64,000 bases of DNA, from assembly GCA_013416795.1 (NCBI GenBank), contig RQSC01000020.1:389746-453745 (forward strand), in the 5' to 3' direction. The stretch is from Prasinococcaceae sp. CCMP 1430. Taxonomy: Eukaryota > Plantae > Prasinodermophyta. The notes under the pieces were generated by a model. It saw only the letters and a program-made list of their open reading frames with translations. It was not told the DNA's origin and did not search any database. A program made the translations under genes and the position numbers. Within the stretch, counting starts at the first letter, position 1, and the number at the start of each line of letters is the position of its first letter. Positions 21,496 through 32,234 of the stretch are shown here, in pieces.

Positions 21496-21779
21496 GCTAC
21501 GCGCCCGCCCTTGCCCTCACCCGTGCGGGGCAAACGGGTGCACCCTCCCCGCAATGCCGGGGCATCATGTTGTACACTTTGTAGAGCACAGACATTGCTA
21601 CGAGGCCGTCCATCCGGTGCAGCCGGCGAAGCGCGATGGAGCGCGCGCCAGTGCAGGAGCGGGCCACGCTTGGACGGCCAGCCCTCACCCTCGTCAGGGG
21701 CCACCAGCGCAGACCTCAGGCCGCGCGCAGCGCGGCAGCGCGGCGCCCCCGCCCACAGCGCGCGGCGGGCCGGCGNCGT

Positions 21780-22950
21780 CGACGTGCTCGACGGACAGCA
21801 GGCTGCGAGGGAAGGAAAGAGGGGAGAACAAGCCACGCGCGTCAGCAGAGGCGGCGGCGGGGTGGTCAACGCAGCGGCGGCGCTCAAGGGCGGCGTCGAG
21901 GCGAGCGCGAGCGCCAGGAGCAATCGATGCGCCGCGGCGGGAGCGGCGGGCGGCGCGCCCGCGCTCGTGGTGATTGAGGCGGACAGCGTTCTGGCGGACA
22001 TGCACATGACGGCGCACCTGCCGGCGCTCAACCGCGCGCTCGCCGCGGCGGGCGTCAAGTGGGAGGTCGATCGTGCGCTCTACAGCAGCTGTCTGCGCAT
22101 GCCGCACGACGGCAGCTTCGAGGCCGTCGTGAGTGCGCTCTTCAGCGCGATGGGGTGGCCGCCCGCGGCGGGCGAGAGCGTGCGTGAACGCGAGGAGTAC
22201 TGTCGCCAACTGCACGAGGCCAAGCGCGGCGAGCTCGTGACCATGCTCGAGTCGGGCGAGGTGCCGCTCTGCGACGGCGTTCAGCAACTCGTCGACGATG
22301 CGGCGGCGGCAGGCGTGCGCATGGCTGTGCTGGCGGGCACGGCCACCCACCCGGACGACATGGCAGCGCACCTGATGGTGAGGCAGATGGGACCCGGCTA
22401 CGCCGCATTGCTGCCAGTGTTCGACGCGCGCTTCAAGCGCGAGCACTTCCAGCACTGCGTCGTCGACAACCCCGACGAGCCATGCGTCCTCGATGACGAC
22501 TGCGACGACGACGAAGAGGAGGTGCGCTTGGAGTCGTTCGGGGCGGAGGCCGACGTCCTCGAAGACGTGCTGGCGCTCTCGGCTCGTGACAGGCGCCGCT
22601 CGCTGGCTGCGGACGCGGCCCAGCACCTCGCCGGCTTGACGAATGGGTCGCTGGGATTTATTGTGGACAACGCGCTCGGCGCGCCACCCGCTGTTCGGCC
22701 GCAGACGCTCATCGCGCTCGCGGACGTGCTCGGCGTGGATCCCGCGTCCTGCGTGGCGTTGGTGGGCTCATCGAGTGCGGTCGCGGCTGCCGCGTCGGCG
22801 GGCTTCGTCGCCGTGGCCGTGCGCAGCGGCATCACCGCGCGCGGGGAGTTTCCGGCGGCGCGTGCGGTCTACGACTGCTGCGGCCCCGGCGGCGGCGCCA
22901 CCATCGCGAGGCTCGCTTCGCTGGTTGCCGGCGCGCGCAGCAGAAGCTAG
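21780..22950 (+). CDS. HAD-superfamily CbbY-like protein, probably plastid; start uncertain (N at 21776)
   Basis: Degenerate motif I 'VVIEADSVLAD', 'HLPALNRAL', cap 'LHEAKR', 'VPLCDGVQQLVDDA', 'LGVDPASCVALV', 'GEFPAARAV'. Confidence 0.7.
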
Positions 22951-23497
22951 CCGGAGGGCGCTCTCCTCCTCTCGACGGCCGCCAGGGGGCGACGCAGCGC
23001 ACCCCGGCGGGCCCCACGTCGCCCGCACGCCGCACGCGCACGCGCTCGGACACACGAACATGCGCCGCAGCCACACGCACCGGCGCACACGCCTCCCTCG
23101 CCCCACCCCGCCCCACCCACCCACGCGACTCGCTTGGCGGTGCCATTGCACCCGCGATTTGCACGCGTTTTGCTCATTTTTAAGGCGATTTGATGTATGG
23201 TAACACACACGCACAGGAGTGTGATGCGGCGGTGGCGCTGTCGTGGGCTGGGGAGCTCCAGCTCGGGGGGCGCCACAGCGCGCGCGCTCGCCGCGGTGGC
23301 CCGCGCCCCCGCGGCCCACCCGTCCGCGCAGCCTCGGGAGCGCGCGCAGACGCGGTGGCCGGGCGCATCCGCACGCGCGTCCGGACGCGCTCTGCGCCTT
23401 GCCGCATTGCGCGCGCACGCGCGCGCCACCGTGCGTGAGTGAACGCGCAGTGTCGGACAGGGAGCAGCTGGGGGCGAGGCATACGTCTCGCGGCGCG

Positions 23498-25077
23498 ATG
23501 CGCAGCTGCCGCGCTGTGGCCGCGGCGCTGGCCGCGCGCGGGTCTCGCGCCGCGCTCGCACCGGTGACAGCCGCGCGGCTGGCGCCTGACGCCGCGCAGG
23601 CGGGCGTGCCGCCGCCCATCGTGTACCGCGTCACGCAGTTTGACCGCGCCGACGGCCCGGGCGCGGAGCCGAGCTCCCGCTTCTTCTCCAAGCCTGAGCT
23701 TGCGCGGCTGAGCAAGGTGCACACGCGCGACCTGCGAAACCTCGACAGGTGCGTGGCGCCGGCCGTGCAATGCCGCAGTCAGTGTGCCCTTTCCCACCCT
23801 CTCGTCGTCCCGAGCGTTGGATGCTGACCCTGCCGGCCCGAGTCTGCGCACCACACCGTCCCCTCAGCTCGTTCCGCAACCAGCTTCCAGCGGTGCTGGC
23901 CCGCCGCCATGCTGTCGTCGTGCACATCCCGCCGGTGCGCGCGCTCATCACCGCCGACGCGCTGCAAATATTCGAGGGTCGGCTGCCGCGAGAGCTCGCT
24001 GAAGGGGTGCTGAGGGCGGCCAAGCGGAAGGCCGGGGGTCTACCGTACGCCGACCCAGGAGACGGGCTCGCCCGTGAGCTCGCGGCGTCAAAAGGCAGCG
24101 CTCACAAGCGCAGCAAGTCTCTCGATGTGCTCAAGACGCGCGTTCGCACCTTCCTACAGGAACACGGCTGGGGCGAGACGCCGCTTGATGGCGGGCTTCA
24201 GGTGCTGTACGAATGCCACACCGCAGACATCGGCGGCAGTTCCGGTGCGCTGCAGGCGGAGGGGGCAGATGCGACCGGCGATGGCGGCGGCAGCGCGACC
24301 AGCGCGACCGATGTCACTCTGGCACAGCTGCCAGCGTTCGAGCTCGTCGCCCTCGAGGCCGTGCTGAGCGCCGCCGCGCTTCACTACCAGGACAAGTTTC
24401 GAAAGCTGAATCCTGAGGTGCACATGCAGCTCGCGAACCTCGACTCGAAGCGCGACGTCTTTGGCTCGATGCAGCGGCTCCTCCTCAGCCGCAAGGAGCT
24501 CTCTTCGCTCGAGCTGCAAGTCCGCGAGGCAAGGAACGCGCTCGCCGAGGTCATGAAGAGCGACGAGGACATGGCGGGTATGCAGCTCTCTATGAGAGAC
24601 AACCTGGAAGCGCAGGGCAAACAGCTTGATGACGATGACCACCAGGTCGTGGAGGAGCTGCTTGAGGAGTACTACAGGCAACTGGAGGACGTGCTCAATG
24701 AGGTGAGCGCGGCCGCCACGCTCTGAGTGCGCGTGCGGCGCCACCAGCACACGCTCACCATCTCGCCTGTCCCGCGCCCCCGCTGTCCACAGGTGAAGTC
24801 TTTACGTGGCAGCATCAAGATGCACCAGGAAACTGCCGCGGCCAACGTGGACCTGAATCGCAACGAACTCATTCGTGTGAATATCTACATGAGCCAACTG
24901 ACTCTCGGCGCCGCATGCGCGAGTGTTGTGGTGGGCGCGCTCGGCATGAATTGCCCCCTGCCCATCGGCCTCGACTCTGACCCCGCGGCGTTCTCGACCA
25001 TGCTGTACGTGGCGTGCGGGGCGGCGGCGTTCTCAGCGGCGGTGCCGATGGCATGGATGAGGCGATTGAAGCTGTGA
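23498..25077 (+). CDS. MRS2: MRS2/CorA-family magnesium transporter; exons 23498-23748, 23868-24702, 24793-25077
   Basis: RDLRNLD, FELVALEAVL, DEDMAGMQL, VEELLEEY, LNRNELI, GMN signature between two TM helices; TGTAA just after the stop. Confidence 0.92.
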
Positions 25078-25127
25078 CCCCCAACAAGTCGTGTACTGTA
25101 AATTGATCTCCTTGTTAAAACACAAAC

Positions 25128-25250
25128 AAACACACACGCGCCGGAGTCGCGGCACGTCGAAACGCCTTCGGAGCTCCTTTAAACTTAAAAAAAAAACACA
25201 CACACGCGGGAGTCGCGGCACATAAAAACGCCTTCGGCGCTCCTTTTTTT
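25128..25250. repeat. Imperfect ~65-bp direct repeat pair, each copy ending in a T run
   Basis: AAACACACACGCG..GGAGTCGCGGCAC....AAACGCCTTCGG(A/C)GCTCCTTT occurs twice. Confidence 0.8.
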
Positions 25251-25472
25251 ATTTCCTTTTTTTTCTTTTTTCCCTTTTCCGTCAGGTCAAAAGGGCTTGT
25301 TGGAGCGGGCGCCCCCCTTTTTCGACCCCGGCCGGCGGCGCTTTCGAAACCGAGGCCCGCGCGCGCTTTCCGTCGCGTTTCCCGTCCCCGTTCCGCCCGT
25401 TTTCAAGACGGAACGCGACCGGGCGCGCGCGCCGCCGCGCGCCGAAATGCCGATCCGCGAATACGGCGAATC

Positions 25473-25508
<36 letters not shown>

Positions 25509-25659
25509 CGCGCGCGCGCGCTCGCGCGAGGGTGAGGGGGCGGCCGCGCGCCGGGGGCTCTCCCAGAGCGCGGGGAGGCGCCGGGCGTGGCGCGTTTGGA
25601 GGGTGGGAGGGCCCGCCGGCTCGTGAGGCTGGGCCCGCAGCCCGTCGGCGCCCCGCGCG

Positions 25660-26845
25660 ATGGCTGACGACGAGTTCGAGTACGATGACGAAGAGTTTTA
25701 TGGGTCGTCCAGGCCGGCCGGCGGGGACGACGACATGAAGGTCGTCCAAAACCAGCCGCACGACGAGGAGTACGAGCTGAGCGACGACAGCAGCGAACAA
25801 TCGCTGGCCGGAGGCGAGATGCCCGGCAGCAGCGGCGCTCAGCAGGACGAGCTCGGCGGCGGCGGCGGTGGCGACTTTGATCGCGACCCACGCATGGGCA
25901 GCGCGGGGCTCGGGCCTGGGAGCGCGGCGTCATCCCCGCGGGAGGAGCACGGGATGCACGGCACGATGGCGGTGGGAGCTCGCGGTGGCAGCAGGTAGGT
26001 CCCTTTGCGCGAGCGGCCCCACGCGCGCGCGCCAGTGCAAGCTTGCGCGAACACATGCTCACGCAAAAGCGCCCACGCTCTCGCGCGCACACACGCGCAG
26101 TTTGGACGACGGGCATGGCAGCAACGTGGATGGTGGCATGGGAGGCGTCGGAGGCAACGGTGGCGCGCCGCCGGGCGCGTACGACCCTGCCGAGTTCGCC
26201 GACCTGGATGCACCCGAAGACGTCAAGGAGATCTTGCAGTACATCGGCCGATACAAGCCGACCGTGGTGGACCTCGAGACGCAGCTCAAACCCTTCGTGC
26301 CCGACTACATCCCTGCCGTCGGCGACATCGATGGGTTCCTCAAGGTGCCGCGCCCCGATGGCCAGCCCGACTACCTCGGGCTCAAAACGCTTGACGAGCC
26401 GGCAGCCAAGCAGTCGAACCCGACTGTGCTCAACCTGCAGCTGCGCGCGGCGTCGAAGCAGGCGTCCGCCGGCCCGCAGCGCGTGGGGTCGATCGCCGAC
26501 GCGTCCCGCAACGCGCCCAAGATCAAAGAGTGGGTGGCCAGCGTCGAGCGGATGCACCGCGACACGGGCGCGGCCTCCGCGACGGTGGCCTACCGCAGGC
26601 CCATGCCTGACGTCGAGACGCTCATGCAGGAGTGGCCGCCGGAGTTTGAGCGCATGCTCAGGCAGGTGCGGCTGCCCGACGCGGAGGTCGACCTGGACCT
26701 CACGACGCTCGCCGGGCTGGTGTGCAACCTGGTGGACATCCCCGTGCACGGAAACGTCGTCGAGTCGCTGCACGTGCTCTTCACGCTGTTCCACGAGTTC
26801 AAGTCGAACCCGCACTTTGCAAAGCGCGCGGCCGATGGGTACTGA
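25660..26845 (+). CDS. IFT46: Intraflagellar transport protein 46 (IFT-B); intron 25995-26100
   Basis: Acidic N-terminus with NQPHDEE; GAYDPAEF, YIGRYKP, LKPFVPDYIPAVGDIDGFLKVPRPDG, LDEPAAKQS.P, MPDVETLMQEWP, LHVLFTLF.EFK.NPHF. Confidence 0.97.
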
Positions 26846-27218
26846 GGTGCCGCTCGCGCTTGCGCCCGCCCGCGATTGTGCGCGGCGGGCGCACTCGCGC
26901 AGTAAGGCGCCCTCTGGCCCACATTCGCTCTTCACTCCTGTAGGCACCCGCCTCGCCGCGCCGCGCCGTGATGCGGCGCGCGCGTGCCTGCGCGCGCGCG
27001 AGCGCCAGCGTGCGAGCGCCTTCGCCAGCGAGCGGCGCCCGCACCCGCTAGTGTGCGTCCGCGCACCGTGTTGGCGGTGGATTTTCTAGGATTCGCTCGC
27101 ATCCGTCCCCCCCAGTTCGTTACGGGGGCGTTGCACCACGATCAATGATTCCACTGCGCCGCTGGCATCCCACACCGTGCACGAGGGGAGCCCCCCCTCG
27201 CGCGCGGAACCCGTTGCA

Positions 27219-27917
27219 ATGGCAGTCGCCAACTTCAGCGTGGAGCTGCCGCCCGGCGTCAGTGAGAGCGCGGCCTTCGCGCTCCTCTCCGACTTCACGC
27301 GCGTGCCGGAAGCTAGCGGTTACTACATATCTGTGACTCCACTGCCGGACGGCCCACCGCCAGGCAGCGTCGGCGCGCGCTACAGCGCACAGACGCGCGA
27401 GCCGAAGCCGCCGGAGCTATGGACGATGGTGGAGTGTTCTCCCCCGACGCGCTATGCCGTGCGCGTGTCCCCCTCCACGCCCGGTGCCGCCGACGGTGCC
27501 CTCGCGACGTACGAGTTCGGCGGCGGCGAAGTGCGTGGGCGCATTGAGCTCGACCCGGGCGACGACGGCTGCGCGAAGTGCCTATTCAGCGCATGCGGCT
27601 GTTGCTTCACGGACGTCCTCGAGGAGGAGTCTGAGAAGTACATCCGCTTGGCCTTCAACCGCGCGTTCGGGCCGCAGGAAGCCGCGGCTGGGAGCGCCAC
27701 GCCACAGTTCGCCGCGGCGCCACCGGCCGCGGTGTTGCCGCCGCCGATGATGCCTGCGCCCGTGCAAGCGCCCGCGCCTGCGGCGGGCCGCGGACGCCCC
27801 GCGGTGCCGGTGTACGCGCCCGCGCCCGCGCCCGCGGTGCCGATGCACGCCCCCGCGCCGACGGTGGCCGGCGGCATCCAGTACAACACCGACGTGCTCA
27901 CCTACAATACAGGCTGA
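27219..27917 (+). CDS. Hypothetical protein with a possible SRPBCC/START-like N-terminal fold, a Cys cluster and a Pro/Ala-rich tail
   Basis: 'AFALLSDFTRVPE...GSVGARY...MVECSPPTRY' resembles polyketide cyclase-like folds; CAKCLFSACGCC could be a palmitoylation site. Confidence 0.5.
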   Translation: MAVANFSVELPPGVSESAAFALLSDFTRVPEASGYYISVTPLPDGPPPGSVGARYSAQTREPKPPELWTMVECSPPTRYAVRVSPSTPGAADGALATYEFGGGEVRGRIELDPGDDGCAKCLFSACGCCFTDVLEEESEKYIRLAFNRAFGPQEAAAGSATPQFAAAPPAAVLPPPMMPAPVQAPAPAAGRGRPAVPVYAPAPAPAVPMHAPAPTVAGGIQYNTDVLTYNTG

Positions 27918-28170
27918 GGGCCACAACGCGCCGGCCAGCGCCTCGCGGGGGGCCTCGCCGGCCCGCGCCTCGGGGAACCGAAACACCGGCTAATGCCACC
28001 AGCATCGAATAGTATCATTAAGCCACGGGCGAATTATTGCTCAATCGGCTGCGCCCGAGCACGTTGGCGACGCTACAGCAGCAACCCCCATGCTAGCTGC
28101 GCGCAGACGCGCGCGGAACAGGTGTGTGTGTGTGTGTGTGTGTGTGTTTGTATGCTTGCGTGCGCGTGCA

Positions 28171-28651
28171 TCACGCGTCGACCTCGAGCGTCACGGGCGC
28201 CGAGCAGAACGGGCACGCCCCGAAGAGCGTGCGGAAGCTCTGCCGCGCGTTCGCGTCGCTCTGCAGCCACTCGCGCATGCAGCGGCGGTGGAAGGGCATG
28301 CCGCATCCCTCGCAGGCCATGTCGGGCGCCGCGCCCTCACCATCCCCTCCTCCGCCATCCTCCCCGCCGCCCGCGTCGTCATCGAGGGGCAGGTGGTAGC
28401 TGTAGCAAATGCCGCACTCGGCGCCGCTCTCGCCCCCCACGGTTTGTCCCCCTCCCACCGCTCCATCCGCGCCGTCCGTGCCGCACGCATGCGAGTCCGG
28501 CGCGAGCATGGCGAGGAGGGGGTGCACGACGGCGCGCAGGTTGGCTAGCACGGAGATGCCAGCGTCCCACCGAGGCCCTCGCCGCCCCTCCCCTTGTGTG
28601 ATAGTGTGTGGGCGTGCGTTGTGTTAGTATGTGCGTGCGCGTGTGTCTCTG

Positions 28652-28682
<31 letters not shown>

Positions 28683-29635
28683 GGATTTGTGTACGTGCGT
28701 GGGTGTGCACGTGTGTGAGTGACTGTGCGTTTGTGCGCGCGCGCGCGCGCGTGTCGTACCTCGGCCCTCCTCGCTGCCGGGGGCGCACGCGGCGGCGAGC
28801 GCGGCGCGCGGCGCGGCGACGGCGACCTCGGCGCCAAGGAAGGCCACGCGCGTGGGCGGCCCCCGCGGGTTGTGCGCGTCGAGCTCGAGCATGACGCTGG
28901 CGTGCCTGTCGGATGTGCGCGCGTGCGTGTGCAAGTGTGCACGTGTGCGTGTGCGCGTGTGTGTGCGTGCATGCGTATGTGCGTATGTAAGCGTGTGCAT
29001 GTGTGAACGTGCACGTGTGTGCCCGCATGTGCGCGCGTGCGTGCGTGCGTGCGAGCGCCTGCGAGTGCGCGCTCTCACTTTTCGAGCGCGATGCGCCTGT
29101 ACGTCGCCGCGCGCGGCGGCGGCTTCCTGGACGGCTCGAGCACCACGCAGGCGGCGTCGATCGCGTCGAGTTCGGCAAAGAGCGCCTGGTGCGCCGCCAA
29201 GCGCGCGGAGGCCTCGGCCAGCGCAGCCTCGAGCGACTGCGCCACGCCCGCCCCCGCGCCGGCGCCCGCCCCTGACGCGGCGAGCGTGGCGATCGGCGCG
29301 CCGGGCGCGTCAAGCACGCAGCGCGCGGGCGCGCCGCCGCCAACCTCGACGGCGAGCTCGTGCTCGCGCCCGGCACCGTCCTCGAGGCACACGGACAGCG
29401 CGCAGCGCGGGCCGAGCGAGCGCACGCCCCGCAGGCGGTGCCAGCCCGCACACCGCAGCTCGGCGCACGTCGAGCGCAGCGCGGAGGCGGAAGCGCGCGC
29501 GCCGACCCCGGAAGCGGAGCCGGGCGCGCTGAGAACGTGAGCGTGAGCGTGTGTTGTGTATTGAGGGCAAACCCCGACCCCGCCAGGCGACGCCAGAGCG
29601 AGAATGTGGGCGTCAGGGTGCAATCGTGCGCATGA

Positions 29636-29670
<35 letters not shown>

Positions 29671-29923
29671 TGTGCGCGCGCGGTGTGCGCGCGTGCGTAA
29701 ATGCGCGTGCGTGCGTGTGCATGCGCGCGCTCTCCTACCTCGGTGCGCCGCCGAGCTCTCTGGCGGCCGCGGCGAGCGCCGCGTCGACCTCTGCGAGGAA
29801 GTCGCGCACCGTGCGGCACGCCGCGCGCGCGGCGGCGAGCTGTGAGCGCGCGCGCGCGCTGCTGGCGAGCAGATCGTCGACGACGCCCTCACCGCCCACC
29901 TGGTGTATGTGCGCGCGCTCGCG

Positions 29924-29961
<38 letters not shown>

Positions 29962-30277
29962 CGCGCGTGCGTGCGTGCATTCGTGACAGCAAGCGTCAGA
30001 GCTCGCACGTGCGTGTGTTCATGCTCGTATGTGCATGTGTGCATGTGCGCATGTGTGCATGCGTCTGTGCGCGTGCGCGCTCACGCACCTCGGCGTGCGC
30101 CGCGGGGCGCTCCGCGCGCGGCTCGAGGCCGCCCACGCGCAGCGCGGCGTGCGTATATGTGTTCGTGTGTGCGCGCGCGTGTGTGCGCGCGCACGCGAGC
30201 GCGACGAAGCCCCGGTACTCGCGCAGCGCAGCGTCCGTCGGCAGCAGCAGCGGCAGCGGGGGCTGCGCGGCTGCCAT
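28171..30277 (-). CDS. FANCL: E3 ubiquitin ligase FANCL (about 6 exons, CA-rich introns)
   Basis: N-terminal PLLLP..YRGFV; 'LDAIDAACVVLEP...YRRIAL'; RING ECGICYSY...CEGCGMPFHRRCMREWL...RQSFRTLFGACPFC. Confidence 0.93.
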
Positions 30278-30340
30278 CGCCGCAGCCGCAGCCGCAGCCG
30301 CAGCCGCAGCCGCAGCCGCAGCCGCAGCCGCAGCCGCTGC
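30278..30340. repeat. (GCCGCA)n hexamer microsatellite immediately upstream of the FANCL ATG
   Basis: About 10 tandem units. Confidence 0.9.
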
Positions 30341-30760
30341 CGCCGTGTGTGTGTGCGCGCGCGTGTAGGCGTGCGTGTGGCGCACCGGCCCGCGCTCTCT
30401 TTTTCCCGCCCAACGCAACTTCGAACAGCCGCATGCTTACGTGGCGCGCGCGCGCGCGCGCGCTGCCTACACGCACGGCACACGCGCACGCGCGCGCGCA
30501 CACACACACACGTGGCGCTCCCCTCCACCGCCCCCCACGCCCCCGGCCCCTCACACCACACCACAAACCACTACCACCGCCACCACCACCACCACCACAC
30601 ATACACACACACACACACACAAACGTGGCGCACACACACGCACGCGCGCACGTTTCCACGCACACGTGCGCGCACACACATACGCGTACGCAGGAGCACA
30701 CGCACGCACAGCGGCCGCTCTCTCCCTCGCGCCTCCAGCCTGCGCGCGTTCGCGCGCGCG

Positions 30761-32164
30761 ATGGCTCCCGGCGCGCGCGCACGCACGGCGCGCACGCCTT
30801 ACTCGCCGCTCGCCGACCCGAGCGCGTGGTTCGTGGGCGCGTGCGCGCTGGCGCCGCCGGCGCTCGCTGCGCTCGCCGACGCCGAGGCCAAGGGGATGCT
30901 CCCGGACGCCGAGGCACTCGCGGCGGCGTACACGGCGTACGCGACGCACCCGCTCGTCGCAGGCGCGGCGGCCGTCACGGCAGTGGCGGCGTACGCGATG
31001 CGCGCGGCAGGGCGAGGGTGCGCATGCGCGCGCGCACACACGCACGCTACACGCTCACACGCGCATGTGCACGCGCTCACACACGCAGCGCACTCGCATG
31101 CTCACTCGAGCGCGAGCAAGTGCACGCGTGCTTGCGGCGAACTGATGCAACACACGCACTATATACACGCGCTCGCGCACACGCGCGCGCGCGCGACGAG
31201 CGCAGCCTGCCCCCCCTTCCCGCCTCGGACGCTCGCGCGGCGAGCTGGTACCTCCTCAACGCCACCGTCGTCAAGTCTCTCATGGACGGCCTGCACGACG
31301 GCGTGCCTGCGTTGCGCGCCGCGTACGCGCGCGCTGACGCGCGCTTCGCAACGGGTTGCGGCAGCGAGGGCGCTCCGGAGCTGGATGGCGGCGCGGCGGC
31401 GGCATGCGTGGTGACGACGTGCGAGCTGGTGCGTTGCGCAGTGTGTGCACACGTGCGCGCGCGCGCACGCACGCCCGCACGCACGCACGAGCGAATACGC
31501 ACACGCACGCGCGTGCATGCACACACTCTTACACACATTCGCATGCGCGCGCCTTTTCGTGTGTAGGTGGTGATGGCCCCGCTGTGCGCGCTGCTCGCGT
31601 ACGCGTACGCGGCGCGCTGGCGCTGCCGCGACGCCCTCGAGCTGGTGGTGTGCACACTGCAGGCCTTCGGGACAGTCGCCTTCGCCGGGCCGCAGCTGCT
31701 GCTGAAATTCAGGGTACGAGACCGCACACACACGCACACACCGACACCCACATACACAAATCGCTTATCCTTCGCGCGCTCGCGCACGCGACTGACGGGC
31801 GCGCACGCGCACCCGTCACTGTCACCACCACCGTCACCTCGCGCGCGTGTATTCGTGTATGTATGCGTATGCGTGTGCGTGCGTGTGTGTGTGTGTTGTG
31901 TGCATATGCTTTGTACCTCTGGGTGCGTGTGTCTGCACGTGTGCGCACGCGATGCAGGACGTGTGGCGCGGCTGGGAGCTCAGCGTGTCGAGCGTGGCGT
32001 ACTTTTGGTTCGCCTTCGCGGCGTGCATGCCCGTGTGGCTGGTGGTGCCCGCGCTGCTCGGCGCGCGCGCGTGGCGCCGCCTCGACGCGGCGCTCGCGCG
32101 TGCGGCCGTCTACCGCGAGGTAGTCAGGGCGAGCCCCGACTTCGCGACTTATAAGACAAGGTAG
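30761..32164 (+). CDS. EXPERA-domain (emopamil-binding protein/EBP-like) membrane protein; introns ~31018-31205, 31429-31566, 31714-31957
   Basis: WYLLNA...MDG, YARADARF, TCELVVMAPLC, CTLQAFGTVAF, YFWFAFAACMPVWLVVP. Confidence 0.75.
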
Positions 32165-32234
32165 TGGCAGGCAAGGGGCACACGCATGCGTGCGTGTGTG
32201 CGTGCGCGCGCGTGCGCCCCGGCGGCCGCAAGGA

